From: a virus
DNA: 64,000 bases
Strand: one strand, 5' to 3'
Virus record (IMG/VR): IMGVR_UViG_3300027792_000010
This document shows positions 18,509-29,120 of the stretch, piece after piece. The position numbers were made by a program, and so were the translations under genes. The notes below the pieces were generated by a model. The model was not told the origin of the DNA. It saw only the letters and a program-made list of their open reading frames with translations, and ran no database searches. Numbering within the stretch: position 1 is the stretch's first letter; each line of letters starts with the position of its first letter.

Positions 18509-18877
18509 TTATTCAAAAATCTTAAAGAGTTGTGGGGATGCTGTAGCTATATGCTTAGGAAGGTCTGTAAATTCTATAGGAGTAATTGTATATAGATTCA
18601 TGTTAACATAATCCAATCTGAAATACTCTATTTCCTCACCAAACCATTTATTCAGAGGAACATATTGTCTTCGCATTCTTTTTTTATGAAAAGTCTTTAG
18701 TATAGATTTTCTGTTTGGATTAGATAGCACTTTAAATCTGATATGATCCTTATAGAAATGAGTAAGCTGTACGGGTATACCAGAAATCTCACTATCATTC
18801 TTTCTAAACATATAAAAGGATTCTCTTTTAAGACCATGAATCTCTGGGTGTAAAATAAGGGCAATATTGTACTTCAT
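18509..18877 (-). CDS. Hypothetical protein
   Basis: ORF track with SD GGAG. Confidence 0.55.
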   Translation of the reverse strand: MKYNIALILHPEIHGLKRESFYMFRKNDSEISGIPVQLTHFYKDHIRFKVLSNPNRKSILKTFHKKRMRRQYVPLNKWFGEEIEYFRLDYVNMNLYTITPIEFTDLPKHIATASPQLFKIFE

Positions 18878-19049
18878 AAGCTCTCCTTAAAATAAGAGCC
18901 GGACTAATCCGGCTTCATATACCTTTGTTGCACTATTAATTTATAACTCAGTTTGAGTATTTTGCCACCCTACCCCTCGATTAGTCTATAAAGGCCGAAG
19001 GACATATCTACAGTAGAGCAATTGGCTACACGCTACATACCCTCCTCCT

Positions 19050-20336
19050 TTATTTAGTGAATGGAAATATAGAAGATAGTGCCGATCTCCTGTTCAAGGA
19101 GGACGGACTATGGTTATTATCGTCAAGATCGTAGTGATCATCACTTGGAATTGTTATCTTTTTGCCCCACGGAACAGAACAGTATTTATTATCAATCAGT
19201 ATCCAAATAACTTCTTTTACACCTATAGGATACTCTACAGTATCCCCCTGACCATCTGTAAGCATAATCAAAGCATTGTATCTACCTTTCACAGCCACAT
19301 CCATAGTAGGTTTGAAAGAAGTCCCACCTCTTCCATGCATCTCAAATTTGATAGCTTTATGCTCAAAAGGTTCAGGCCCGTATGATAAGGCAGCATCATG
19401 CATAACAAGATCTACGGCATAGTGCTCTCTGATAGCATTTACCTCTGCAAGTATTTGAGAAAGCTGTACGTCACTTACCGAGGCTGAGGTATCTACACTT
19501 ACTAGTACCCTATCCATATATTGAGGGCGCATGCCTGGAAAAGGCCATCCATACCGTCTATCAAAAGTCTTTAGATATGGGGTGTTTTTTGCAGATACCA
19601 TCATACCAAGGTACTGTCTTAGTTGATTCTGCCATTGTACTTTAGACCTCTGAGCAGCTCTTATGATAGACTGGCAGTTAGAGGGGACTTTTCCCCATAC
19701 TGCTTCATCCTTCATTAGCTTCTGTACAAGAGACCTTATCTCTGCTTGCGCAGCAGGGCATTCATCCCAATTATCGTGGGTATCAAAACTACCACCCTTT
19801 CCATCTCCGTACCCTATACCAATCTGTGGAAACTGATCATCTTTCAATAGCTTGAAATAGTACTCTAATGGCATATTTTCAGGGAATGGCTTCTTTTTTC
19901 CTAAAGAATCAACTTCATCTAAGTGATAATCGGAAGGTCGTATCCCTTTAAACTTACCCTCAGGCATTTTTCTATAGGTACCATCTGTGAGAATGGAGTT
20001 GATAGCGAGATCCCCCGCTATGTTATGCTTACGTCTACGTGTGACCTCTTCTGACTTTCTATGGGTGCAATGCCCCAGTACAACATGGTAGGTTTCATGT
20101 GTTAGGATATAGCGTACATAAGCGTCATTAAGATTGGAAAGTTCCTTTATAAATTCTGGGTTATAGGTAAGGACGATCTTATTACTGCCCTTTTCTACAT
20201 ATACCCCCATAGTATCTATTTTCGTTGACGGTACTTTCTCTAACCGAAGAAGTATCCGATGTACGAAAGGATCTGATGTAACGAGGAACTGGAGGTTGTA
20301 ATCCAGTATGTCTTCTCCTGTTATACCCTTCTTCAT
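19050..20336 (-). CDS. DUF2201-type metallopeptidase plus VWA domain protein
   Basis: 'LTHETYHVVLGH' HExxH, 'NIAGDLAIN', MIDAS 'VDTSASVS', 'GRGGTSF'. Confidence 0.9.
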   Translation of the reverse strand: MKKGITGEDILDYNLQFLVTSDPFVHRILLRLEKVPSTKIDTMGVYVEKGSNKIVLTYNPEFIKELSNLNDAYVRYILTHETYHVVLGHCTHRKSEEVTRRRKHNIAGDLAINSILTDGTYRKMPEGKFKGIRPSDYHLDEVDSLGKKKPFPENMPLEYYFKLLKDDQFPQIGIGYGDGKGGSFDTHDNWDECPAAQAEIRSLVQKLMKDEAVWGKVPSNCQSIIRAAQRSKVQWQNQLRQYLGMMVSAKNTPYLKTFDRRYGWPFPGMRPQYMDRVLVSVDTSASVSDVQLSQILAEVNAIREHYAVDLVMHDAALSYGPEPFEHKAIKFEMHGRGGTSFKPTMDVAVKGRYNALIMLTDGQGDTVEYPIGVKEVIWILIDNKYCSVPWGKKITIPSDDHYDLDDNNHSPSSLNRRSALSSIFPFTK

Positions 20337-21547
20337 TTCACTTCCTTCGGCTTCATCATTGTATTTATGATCATAGCCACTACTTTGTCGTCACCATCAT
20401 ACCAAGCATCAGCAACATCTCTATTTTTGCTGTTAAAGTTGGTCCAAAAATTCATTAGTATCTCTCTAGGAAGAAGAGTACAAAACTTAAAAAGATTGTC
20501 CGATTGTTTCTTATCAAGTTTTTTCTTTGTTTTTAGAGTCAATTCTATAATTTTATCGTTATAATAGGATAACTCTACTGCCCTTCCACCATCATTAACA
20601 AGAGATTTGATTTGTTCTTCTACCTTATTATCCCATCCATTAATAATCATCTCTGCTGTGAGAGCCTTATATTCTGTGACCACATAGTTCCTCCAAACTT
20701 CCCCGGCATCATCCCCGACGTGGGCGCAAGCAACTTTCAATATAGCAGTTTCTGAAACCTTATCAGACTTATCAATGGGATGTCTTGGCCTTCTTCCCTG
20801 AAGAAAGTCCTGTTCCAACTTTTTGATCGTCATTGAGAGTTTTTCCCAGGCACGTCTGTCATGGACCTTTTTACCTAAGTGCGCCTTAAGAAAGTCATCG
20901 GTAGGGTCCAACCATTCATAATCATTAGCTTTGTGAAATTCTATGATTGAATCATGCACTCCTGCTTCTTTGTAGTACGCCATAGCCTCCTCATGAGAAG
21001 GAGCAAAGTCTAAGTATGCAAAACGGGACATAATAGCAGATTCCATGACCTGTGCTCTATATATCTCCATGTTTGAGTTAATGGCTGAAATCACTCTCCA
21101 ACCATCTGGCATCCTAAAACCGTTCAGAGTCTTCTCTTCGATAAGCTGCATACCCATCTGTTGGATTTCCATGATGGCCCTGTTCCACTCATCAAGAAAC
21201 AGATACCCGTTTTCTCCGAACTCCCCGATAGAAATTTTCTTTGTTACATTGCCGAATAGGATGCGGAGTCTTTCATTATCATCTGACCTGAGAGGAAACC
21301 AATCGGGCGGAGCAAATACAGTTCTACCATCGACTTGATAGGGCATCCCTATGATATCACCAGCCATCTTTTGACTGAGCCGGAGAACTATAACGGGACA
21401 AGGTTCTCCGATAATTTGGCTGCGGACTTTACCTGCCTTGTAACAGCATGAGGTTTTACCCAAACCTTGGTTGCCTCCAAGCATGATACTGATATCAAGG
21501 GGCCAATTGACTATGGCATCGAGACTTTCTTCAAATGTCATTTCCAT
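20333..21547 (-). CDS. MoxR-like AAA+ ATPase (partner of the VWA protein)
   Basis: Walker A 'GNQGLGKT', 'GDIIGMP...PPDWFP', Walker B 'LFLDEWNRA', 'SRFAYL'. Confidence 0.9.
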   Translation of the reverse strand: MEMTFEESLDAIVNWPLDISIMLGGNQGLGKTSCCYKAGKVRSQIIGEPCPVIVLRLSQKMAGDIIGMPYQVDGRTVFAPPDWFPLRSDDNERLRILFGNVTKKISIGEFGENGYLFLDEWNRAIMEIQQMGMQLIEEKTLNGFRMPDGWRVISAINSNMEIYRAQVMESAIMSRFAYLDFAPSHEEAMAYYKEAGVHDSIIEFHKANDYEWLDPTDDFLKAHLGKKVHDRRAWEKLSMTIKKLEQDFLQGRRPRHPIDKSDKVSETAILKVACAHVGDDAGEVWRNYVVTEYKALTAEMIINGWDNKVEEQIKSLVNDGGRAVELSYYNDKIIELTLKTKKKLDKKQSDNLFKFCTLLPREILMNFWTNFNSKNRDVADAWYDGDDKVVAMIINTMMKPKEVK

Positions 21548-21625
21548 GCTAACGTTTCTCCTTCTACGGTGATATTCCCTTCTGCAGTAATATACTTTTT
21601 TAGAAAAAGATTAGCAAGTAAAAAG

Positions 21626-22852
21626 TTAATTAAAAAATGAGCCCACCCAATCAGAGGATTCTTTTTTATACGCCTGAGTAGATAGTGCTTGAAAAATCAT
21701 ACCTAAGTTAGACCAATCAACAAGATTATCCGATAATATTTCTTTTAGTGTTTTTACTTCTACATATGTTCTTTCTGTATCCTCTTCTACACCGTGAATA
21801 TTTTTATCATTTTTCATCTCATTAATTTCTTTATCAGTAAGTTCTACTTTATATAGAAAAGACTTGTGACTGCTTAGAGTTGCTACTAATTGTCTACTTT
21901 CTAGTTTTTCTAACCTATTTTTATTTATTTTTAATCCTGTCTCTTCTTCTAATTCATGTACTATAACTTCTGACATAGATTCTGTACTATCTTTTGATGA
22001 TCCGCCAGGTATCTCATATACATAACCTTCTTTATTAGACACAGTGGTTCTAAATTCTTTAATAAGTAATATTTCTGTACTAAAAATATCATAACTAGGT
22101 TTGTAGGCTACTAAAGAAGATATATTTGTTCTTGAAAAAACAAACTCATTTGTTTTTTGTCTTTTTTCTTTAGTAATATAGATGTCTGCGTGTAATATGT
22201 AGCTAAGTAGTAATTCCTTATTTTTGCCTACTTTAAAAACCCACTCTAAGTAAGCACTTTCAAGTCTGTTTCCTCCTGCTTTAAGGTCACTATACCAGCT
22301 TTTAAATTGATTAGATTTCCATACTTGTATAGGTATAAACCTTTCTCCATCTTTCCTATAACTACCATCACCTATATAGTTTAAAACAGAATTTATAGTT
22401 TCTTCTAAAGTATTTTCTATTGGTACCTTGTATTTTTTAGCCTTATAGTCTAGGTACCTCATTTTATAAGCATCTTTAGGATAACCTAAAATAACCTTAC
22501 CAGATTTCATCCACTCTCCAAATTCTACATTAGTAGTAAAACCTGGAAGTTTTTCATTACGAGGTACCCAAAATAGTATACAATCAGCCATGTTAAGACA
22601 AGTCTGCTCCCATTCTATTTGGTCTTTATAATCTCCTTTAAAAGGTTCTGGTATAAAAACTACTCCATCATAGCCTTTTCTATTTAATATATTACAGGTT
22701 TCTTTTCTCCAATCCGTAATATCTTCTATACTGTCTCTGCTTGAGGGGCCTGCTAAAAAAATTGACTTGCTCCAGCTTTCTGGTATTTTGTCTTTTGTTG
22801 TTATTATTTTCATACTATCTCCTTTATAATAGTTTCTGATAAAGAACTTCAT
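21626..22852 (-). CDS. Nucleoside 2-deoxyribosyltransferase-like domain fused to a Nudix hydrolase
   Basis: 'SIFLAGP...WRKE...QIEWEQTCLNMADCILFWVP...TTNVEFG'; Nudix box 'YEIPGGS...HELEEETG'. Confidence 0.85.
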   Translation of the reverse strand: MKFFIRNYYKGDSMKIITTKDKIPESWSKSIFLAGPSSRDSIEDITDWRKETCNILNRKGYDGVVFIPEPFKGDYKDQIEWEQTCLNMADCILFWVPRNEKLPGFTTNVEFGEWMKSGKVILGYPKDAYKMRYLDYKAKKYKVPIENTLEETINSVLNYIGDGSYRKDGERFIPIQVWKSNQFKSWYSDLKAGGNRLESAYLEWVFKVGKNKELLLSYILHADIYITKEKRQKTNEFVFSRTNISSLVAYKPSYDIFSTEILLIKEFRTTVSNKEGYVYEIPGGSSKDSTESMSEVIVHELEEETGLKINKNRLEKLESRQLVATLSSHKSFLYKVELTDKEINEMKNDKNIHGVEEDTERTYVEVKTLKEILSDNLVDWSNLGMIFQALSTQAYKKESSDWVGSFFN

Positions 22853-23438
22853 TATCTTTACAATAATTTTTTAGTTTATCTAACCATGCCTGAGTTTTGC
22901 ATTTAAACATTCTCGGCATCTCAAACTTCTTTTCTTTCTTTATTTTACATACCAACCCTTCAAAGGTGATCCCAGGCAACTCACTCTTACGGACCTGCTG
23001 CTCTATCTCACGATTAAAGTTACCCCGGAATAGCAGCTTAGCTATATCCAAATGCCCGAACAGCCTAAGGAAATCATCAGGGCCTAGTATCCCTTGTTTA
23101 TAGGGGCTTACATCTATTAAATTCATTATGTGGGGCTCGTTAACATGCTGACCTGCAAAAGAGTTCGGTCCCCAAAATTCAAAGAAAGCCACAGCACTTT
23201 CATATCTCTGCTTAGTGAAGATATCGCTGAGATCTTTTTCCCAGTTACCTTTTATCAAAGGTATAGCTTCGCCCAGATGAGGATGATCCTCACCGAGGAG
23301 TTGGTGACGAGTCCCGAACTTGTAGAATGCTTTTTTCTTGGACCACTCTACACGGATATTGGACCCATCCAACTTATCAAAACCATAAACCAAGGTACCG
23401 TGCTGTTGGTCACGACTTAGCGATGGATATTCCTTCAT
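22824..23438 (-). CDS. RNA ligase-like nucleotidyltransferase
   Basis: 'FDKLDGSN', 'FFEFWG', 'FEGLVCK', 'FKCKT' ligase motifs. Confidence 0.8.
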   Translation of the reverse strand: MKEYPSLSRDQQHGTLVYGFDKLDGSNIRVEWSKKKAFYKFGTRHQLLGEDHPHLGEAIPLIKGNWEKDLSDIFTKQRYESAVAFFEFWGPNSFAGQHVNEPHIMNLIDVSPYKQGILGPDDFLRLFGHLDIAKLLFRGNFNREIEQQVRKSELPGITFEGLVCKIKKEKKFEMPRMFKCKTQAWLDKLKNYCKDNEVLYQKLL

Positions 23439-23608
23439 GTACTCTTAAATCCTATCTTGGGGTGAATATACTTCATAATACCTGTCCCAATCAAAGGTAC
23501 ATGGTTTTGTACTTCCTAAGGGATCATCTGCAAACCATTCATATCTTAACAGATCACATAGTCCCCTAGTATTATCATCTTCTATGCTTTCATACATACA
23601 TAATCCGG

Positions 23609-24238
23609 TCATGCACATACTATAATCTTTTTGTCTATCTTTTGAAATACCCAGAAGTAGCTATGAAATTTTCGTGCATGTTTCTGACTACGTAACTGCC
23701 AGTCCGCTACTATTCGATTTTTTGCCAATAGTATGAAAAGGTCTTTAGCATACCAACCCTTCTCTATGGCTTTATCATGTATGAAGCAGTGACAGAAATA
23801 TTGCTTCCCACTACTTACTTTATCCTGACATTTGAATATTAATATTCCATCTTTTTTACAAACCCTATACAACTCAGATAGAGCTTTGTTGTAGAACTCG
23901 TGGAGTGCCTTCTCATTAGGGTACACCCCGAATCTTTTGTTTATCTTATTGCTATCATTATCTTTTTTCAAAGACCCCCCTGTAGTAGCCAAGAATGGAG
24001 GATCAAACATAATTACTTCTACAGATTCATCCGGTAGAGGAAGACTCTCGGCATTAGCTTGTCTGACTCCCTCAATCTGTGGGTCTATATCAAACTTGAA
24101 CTTTGGAGGATTGAGACCTTGCTTATAGAAGTTTCCTTTGCTATAAGTAGGGTCTAGCTCTATGTCCTTCCCACCGCAGTGAAGGCTAAGTAGTGCGCGT
24201 AATAATAGTTGTTCATTATTGTATGTACTTTTAACCAT
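23609..24238 (-). CDS. SAM-dependent (DNA) methyltransferase-like protein
   Basis: 'LDPTYSKG', 'SLPLPDESVEVIMFDPPF', 'LYRVCKKDGILIFKCQD'. Confidence 0.78.
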   Translation of the reverse strand: MVKSTYNNEQLLLRALLSLHCGGKDIELDPTYSKGNFYKQGLNPPKFKFDIDPQIEGVRQANAESLPLPDESVEVIMFDPPFLATTGGSLKKDNDSNKINKRFGVYPNEKALHEFYNKALSELYRVCKKDGILIFKCQDKVSSGKQYFCHCFIHDKAIEKGWYAKDLFILLAKNRIVADWQLRSQKHARKFHSYFWVFQKIDKKIIVCA

Positions 24239-24239
24239 A

Positions 24240-24473
24240 TTAGTATTTTCCTGTCTTTTCCGTTATCGTATCTAAATTAATAGGGAAAGATACCTCTTCT
24301 TCTTCTGGGCCATCAGGAACCTCGCATCCTATGTAAAAGGTACCGAAGGGATCATCAGCTTCCCATATCCCTTTTGCTGCCAAGTATGCCCATTTGCGAG
24401 AATGAGGATGTAAGCATTCTCCTACACTATCTCCAGAGCTAACTTCCCACCTGCATCTACCTGTATAGCACAT
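24240..24473 (-). CDS. Hypothetical Cys-containing protein with a WEADDP motif
   Basis: ORF track. Confidence 0.5.
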   Translation of the reverse strand: MCYTGRCRWEVSSGDSVGECLHPHSRKWAYLAAKGIWEADDPFGTFYIGCEVPDGPEEEEVSFPINLDTITEKTGKY

Positions 24474-24477
24474 CTTG

Positions 24478-24729
24478 TTATCTATTTTTAAAATCAGGGC
24501 ATAAATCTGCTACTGTATAACCTAATTCCATAAATTCATTTTCTCCATCTCCTGACCATATATGAATATCAGAATATATCTTACATCTTCTGTTTGGCAT
24601 TGAACCAAATTGCATATAATAACAATTAAACATGCAGCTTTTGTGCTCTAAAGTTGGATTTTTAAAATCTACCGGGGCATTATGCCAGTAAGTATTATAA
24701 GGATCTTCTGATCGTATTATTTTAAACAT
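24478..24729 (-). CDS. Hypothetical protein
   Basis: ORF track. Confidence 0.5.
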   Translation of the reverse strand: MFKIIRSEDPYNTYWHNAPVDFKNPTLEHKSCMFNCYYMQFGSMPNRRCKIYSDIHIWSGDGENEFMELGYTVADLCPDFKNR

Positions 24730-25258
24730 AATCTGGATATTTTTTCTTCATCTCAATATCTTCCCAGTTCACAGGAGTACCTTTTTCGTATATAGGTAAA
24801 ACGCTCAAATCTATATAGCACCCCTCACCTAACTGAATAGCCCAAGCCCATCTCCCATGAGGTTTTGGACCTGGATAATCTTTTTCTATCGTACCATTAC
24901 AAGCACCTATAAAAGATTTAACAAATGTTAAAGTATCTGAAGCCTTTTCTGTCCAGGGTACTGCTATCAGGTCAAAATCTCTCTTCATACTACCGTGGAT
25001 CGCCAGGGCATACCCGTGTTCTTTCGATACCTGAGATAGCCATGGATACATCTGAGCATAAAACCAGGGTAGTACCTTTGTATTGTTGACTATTTTAGGC
25101 TGTCCTCTAAGTTGATCTGCCCAAGCTATAGCATCAGACGCATCTTCATGACATTTTTTACAATCCTGTTTTACTGCTTCATATCCTCTATCTCGGCATC
25201 TTTTAAAACCACCACAGACATTGCCTTCGGACGGAGAAACATCTTTTTCACCTACCAT
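24722..25258 (-). CDS. Nucleotidyltransferase-like protein
   Basis: 'GYALAIHGSMKRDFDLIAVPW' GS..D.D pattern. Confidence 0.65.
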   Translation of the reverse strand: MVGEKDVSPSEGNVCGGFKRCRDRGYEAVKQDCKKCHEDASDAIAWADQLRGQPKIVNNTKVLPWFYAQMYPWLSQVSKEHGYALAIHGSMKRDFDLIAVPWTEKASDTLTFVKSFIGACNGTIEKDYPGPKPHGRWAWAIQLGEGCYIDLSVLPIYEKGTPVNWEDIEMKKKYPDYV

Positions 25259-25267
25259 CTTTACTCC

Positions 25268-26608
25268 TCAGTTGATACTGTAGTTTGCCCTAATATACAA
25301 CAATGCTTGTTCTTTTGTTGTAACAGTACCTTCCAATTGTTCAGTGTCTACTGCTTCAAGAATCTCTTTGAATTTAGGTCCGGGTTTGAAACCCATAGCA
25401 ATAAGGTCATTACCATCTACCAATCTATCTGGAAGGATGACCTTACCTCCTGGTTCCTCTGCAAAAGAATCCATAGCTTCTTTAACAAACTGCAAATTAT
25501 CTAATCCTCCATGAGAAGACAAACAATCAGCCTTGTGAAGTTGCAAGTGCTCTTCAAATCTATCCATAGCTATAAATCTCTTAAGCGTGGACTTCCTCAT
25601 GTCCCGTATTACACAGAACTTCATATGGTTCTCAATTAGGGAACAAACCCTATCTATAAAATAATTTGAAAACTTCAACCTGGTTAATAGCTCTCTGGCT
25701 ATATGAGAGCCTTTAATATCATGTCCATTGAACACTAACCGACCTTTCCTATCATCCCAAGCTTTAGTAGTGGGCTTTCCCACATCATGCAACAAAGTAG
25801 CCCACAAAAGCTCTGGGGAGGCTTCTTTTGGGAGGTAATTCAAGGTGAGACAGGTGTGTTTACCGACGCACCCTTCTGGATGAAAGTCCACAGGCTGCTC
25901 ACACCCAAACATATCTTGAATTTCTGGCAGGATATGCTTTAGTATACCAAAATGTTCCAAATCCTTAAGAGCTTCTCCTCTGACTTTACTTTGTTCCAAT
26001 ATTTTTGTCAACTCATCTGCTATTCTCTCTACAGATATTTTCTTGATAAGGATACTATTATCCATTATAGCTTTCTCTGTATCGGAGTCCATAGAGAACC
26101 CCAAACGGTGTTTGAACCTTATGGCCCTCATTAATCTTAAGTGGTCTTCCAATATTCTCTCTTCAGGATCACCTATGAACCTAATTAATTTATCTTCTAT
26201 ATCTTTTCTACCGCCTACGTAATCATAGTACTCCTCAAGGGTAGGGTCATAAAAGATACCATTGATAGTGAGGTCTCTCCTGTTAGCATCCTCTTCCATA
26301 GTAGAAAACTCAACACTTGAAGGATGTCTACCATCCAAGTAAATACCTGCGTCTCTTCTAAAAGTAGCGACCTCAAATTGAATCCCATCAAGTATAACAA
26401 TTATTACGCCAAAAGCTTTCCCTACTTCTATATTATTAGGGAACAGTTCCTGAACTTGGTGAGGAAAAGCAGAGGTAGCTATATCATAATCATGCGGCAT
26501 AACACCCATAATTTGGTCACGATTGCAACCGCCAGCAAATACCGCTTGATATCCTGCGCTCTGTAGAATTTTAATAATACCTACAGCAAGTTCTTTTTGC
26601 TTATCCAT
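25268..26608 (-). CDS. cca: CCA-adding enzyme / class II tRNA nucleotidyltransferase with HD domain
   Basis: 'FAGGCNRD...DYDIAT', 'RRDLTING', 'EDHLRLMRAIRF', HD 'LLHDVGKP'. Confidence 0.9.
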   Translation of the reverse strand: MDKQKELAVGIIKILQSAGYQAVFAGGCNRDQIMGVMPHDYDIATSAFPHQVQELFPNNIEVGKAFGVIIVILDGIQFEVATFRRDAGIYLDGRHPSSVEFSTMEEDANRRDLTINGIFYDPTLEEYYDYVGGRKDIEDKLIRFIGDPEERILEDHLRLMRAIRFKHRLGFSMDSDTEKAIMDNSILIKKISVERIADELTKILEQSKVRGEALKDLEHFGILKHILPEIQDMFGCEQPVDFHPEGCVGKHTCLTLNYLPKEASPELLWATLLHDVGKPTTKAWDDRKGRLVFNGHDIKGSHIARELLTRLKFSNYFIDRVCSLIENHMKFCVIRDMRKSTLKRFIAMDRFEEHLQLHKADCLSSHGGLDNLQFVKEAMDSFAEEPGGKVILPDRLVDGNDLIAMGFKPGPKFKEILEAVDTEQLEGTVTTKEQALLYIRANYSIN

Positions 26609-27165
26609 TAGTTAAGTCCTATTGTACTTTTCAAATATTGTTTAGAGGGTATCCACTCTTTAATATCCATAGAGAATACCTCATCTACATTCCGTATGAT
26701 CTGATATGAATGCGTCGTTAATACTATCTGACAGTTTCGCTCTATAACCTCCTCAAATATTTTAAGCACTTTGACCTGATTAGTCAAAGACAACCCAGCT
26801 TCCGGTTCATCTATAATAAGAATAAGGTCTTTAAACTCTATTGCGGCCTTTAATAATGGCAATATAGCTTCACCATGAGACATAAAATGAGAAGTCACGG
26901 TAAAACGTGCGTTTTTAGAGGACGCCACACTCTGAAACCGAGGATTCATTTTCTCGGTATCCAGGAATCTGGTTTGGACTTTATCTGCCTCTATTCTCTT
27001 TAGCTTCTTATCTGGTTCAGAATTCAACAAGTGTAAAAGGGATGATTTACCTGAGCCATTCTCTCCTACAATTACATTCATCCCAGGATGGAATTTTACC
27101 TCGAATGGAGAAATACCCCGGTAAGGAACCTCTAGGGTAAATGACTTTAAAAAATGGGCGTACAT
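26608..27165 (-). CDS. ABC/SMC-type AAA ATPase
   Basis: 'GENGSGKS', 'MSHGE', 'IIDEPEAGLS', 'LTTHS'. Confidence 0.85.
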   Translation of the reverse strand: MYAHFLKSFTLEVPYRGISPFEVKFHPGMNVIVGENGSGKSSLLHLLNSEPDKKLKRIEADKVQTRFLDTEKMNPRFQSVASSKNARFTVTSHFMSHGEAILPLLKAAIEFKDLILIIDEPEAGLSLTNQVKVLKIFEEVIERNCQIVLTTHSYQIIRNVDEVFSMDIKEWIPSKQYLKSTIGLN

Positions 27166-27306
27166 AAAAAATCCTCCCTTATTAGGAAGTAATATACTAT
27201 TTGGGAATTAAAATTGAAAGTAGGATAAAGATACAGGTCTCTGTAGTTTATATAATCTGCTATGTTTGCTGCAGCTCCGCCTACATAAAGGTATTACAGA
27301 AATAAA

Positions 27307-27380
27307 TACGCTAGGCAAGATTCGAACTTGCGTTGTAGCTTTCGTAGAGCTATGCCTTTAATCCAATAGGCTACTAGCGC
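27307..27380 (-). tRNA. tRNA-Arg(ACG)
   Basis: Acceptor GCGCTAG/CTAGCGT, anticodon arm TAGCT-CTACGAA-AGCTA. Confidence 0.92.
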
Positions 27381-27386
27381 ATATTT

Positions 27387-27875
27387 TCAATACCCTAATA
27401 ATAGTAAAGCTTTATCTATGTCTAAATCAGAAAGCCCTATTAAGCTATCTGTTAGTACTAAATGATCTTTTAAATCTCCCAAATCATGATCCTCATCATC
27501 TATTATTATGTACTTACCCTTAAACTTGTTAGACCTTAACCAACTTTTTATTTCATCACTTCTATTATGGCTTATACGATTAGTATTTTTTAGTCTTACA
27601 CCGCAAGGGATCATTCCTATTATTTTATCTATGGGTACTGTTATAGCATCTACTGCAAAAGGATTGACACCATGTATAGCTCCATTTATCCTAAATATAT
27701 CTTTTAGCTTTTCCAATCCTGTTACATCTGACATCCAGCTACTTGTTATTACTAAGTTAGCATCTGTTATATCAATAAGTCTATTTAGTCTTTTTATAGT
27801 ATCTAAATCAAAATATAAATAGTCAGTATTTGCGGTACACAGCACCCCATCAATGTCTAAAAAGATAATATTCAT
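27387..27875 (-). CDS. HAD-family phosphatase (RNA-repair HAD_SAK_2-like)
   Basis: 'IIFLDIDGVL', 'LVITSSW', 'RSDEIKSWL', 'YIIIDD'; start moved to MNII because the longer ORF overlaps tRNA-Val. Confidence 0.82.
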   Translation of the reverse strand: MNIIFLDIDGVLCTANTDYLYFDLDTIKRLNRLIDITDANLVITSSWMSDVTGLEKLKDIFRINGAIHGVNPFAVDAITVPIDKIIGMIPCGVRLKNTNRISHNRSDEIKSWLRSNKFKGKYIIIDDEDHDLGDLKDHLVLTDSLIGLSDLDIDKALLLLGY

Positions 27876-27895
27876 GTTATCACTTTCTATTTTAA

Positions 27896-27968
27896 TAGGC
27901 TTATTCGGATTCGAACTGAAGACCTCCTGCACGTCGAGCAGGCGCTCTTCCAATTGAGCTATAAGCCC
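27896..27968 (-). tRNA. tRNA-Val(GAC), atypical (C33; one T-stem mismatch)
   Basis: Acceptor GGGCTTA/TAAGCCT, anticodon arm CCTGC-TCGACGT-GCAGG. Confidence 0.82.
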
Positions 27969-28244
27969 AACTAATCTATTTTTTCATGTCTAGATTGTTT
28001 TACTATTTTATAATGACTCCTCGAAGGGTCATAGCTACTTCTAGCCTCTCCGGGCTTACCGACCTCAGCAGCGTAAGACCGTTCAAGTCTATCATACCCA
28101 CGTTTAACAATCTCATCAATTTTCTGGCTACTCATAAATACCTCTACTAAGATTAAAGGTTACTGTTTACTCTTCATATTGTCCTATAAGGTCTTTTGGA
28201 AGGTTTAGTTATCTATAACATCAAAATTCAGTATACTTAAAGAA

Positions 28245-28820
28245 CTAAAGCCCACTATTATTACCCCATAAATAATAACTAAGCATATCGGCGCTATTTA
28301 AAATAACAGATAGTGTAGTCATACTAGTACCTTTGCTATACACTGAGGATAAATCAAAACTATACCCTCCATGATGGTGATCTATAGCCTCAATATGTTT
28401 ATCTGTAAGCTGTATCCCATTCCTAAAGCACTCTGCTACTGCCTTACTATTCTCCGCGTAGGGAGGAATATCTTTTCTATACTCGAATAGTTGATTACTC
28501 TTAGGCTCTTTAAGAAGTTCGTATCGCCATAGTTTATCCAGGTCATGCACAAAGGACACTAAAACTACATCGTCTATGTTAAAATCCTTTATTTCTTCAT
28601 AAGAGGAAGCTGTCTTGTATAAAGAGATGCCTAATTCCATTACTTGTGCTGTATGGTCACCCCACCCAGCTCTCCACCAGTGGTGATACTTTCTGGCTGA
28701 AGGATAGAAATCTATCTTATCCTTCAGGGTATAGTACGCACCTATCAAACTATCAAGGAGCGTACTACTCGTAATGTTATCTTCAAAGATCTTAGGTATG
28801 TCTGTTCCGCGTGGAATCAT
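28245..28820 (-). CDS. HD-domain phosphohydrolase
   Basis: 'YHH...DHTAQV', 'FVHDLDK', 'AIDHHHG', 'ADMLS'. Confidence 0.82.
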   Translation of the reverse strand: MIPRGTDIPKIFEDNITSSTLLDSLIGAYYTLKDKIDFYPSARKYHHWWRAGWGDHTAQVMELGISLYKTASSYEEIKDFNIDDVVLVSFVHDLDKLWRYELLKEPKSNQLFEYRKDIPPYAENSKAVAECFRNGIQLTDKHIEAIDHHHGGYSFDLSSVYSKGTSMTTLSVILNSADMLSYYLWGNNSGL

Positions 28821-28847
28821 TGTTATCCCTACCTTTCAAAAATGTAA

Positions 28848-28920
28848 TAGACGTTGAGGGATTCGAACCCCCGACATCCGCGATGTAAACACGGCACTCT
28901 ACCAACTGAGTTAAACGTCC
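28848..28920 (-). tRNA. tRNA-Val(TAC)
   Basis: Acceptor GGACGTT/AACGTCT, anticodon arm CCGTG-TTTACAT-CGCGG. Confidence 0.93.
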
Positions 28921-29120
28921 ATCAGTTTCTTATTTATTTCTGCGATTTCTTCCTCTTTTTTTCTTTTCTCCCTAACACACTCTCTTCTGGTATGAGTAAG
29001 CCATTCCGGGGCATCTGTAAAAGAATCATCCCAGGTATACCCCTCAATAGAATGATTCAGACTTAGTATTTCATCATATAGCTCACTCTTACGCTCTAAT
29101 AGCTGCTTTCTTTTTTTCAT
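28911..29120 (-). CDS. Small hypothetical protein
   Basis: ORF track; stop overlaps the tRNA-Val 5' end by 10 nt. Confidence 0.45.
   Translation of the reverse strand: MKKRKQLLERKSELYDEILSLNHSIEGYTWDDSFTDAPEWLTHTRRECVREKRKKEEEIAEINKKLMDV

Noticed and set aside
27876-27953. N-terminal extension of the HAD ORF, and likewise ORFs 4163..4471, 28854..29066, 35853..36107 and 6360..6590
   Set aside because: These overlap tRNA genes or attenuator RNA and are better explained as RNA elements.
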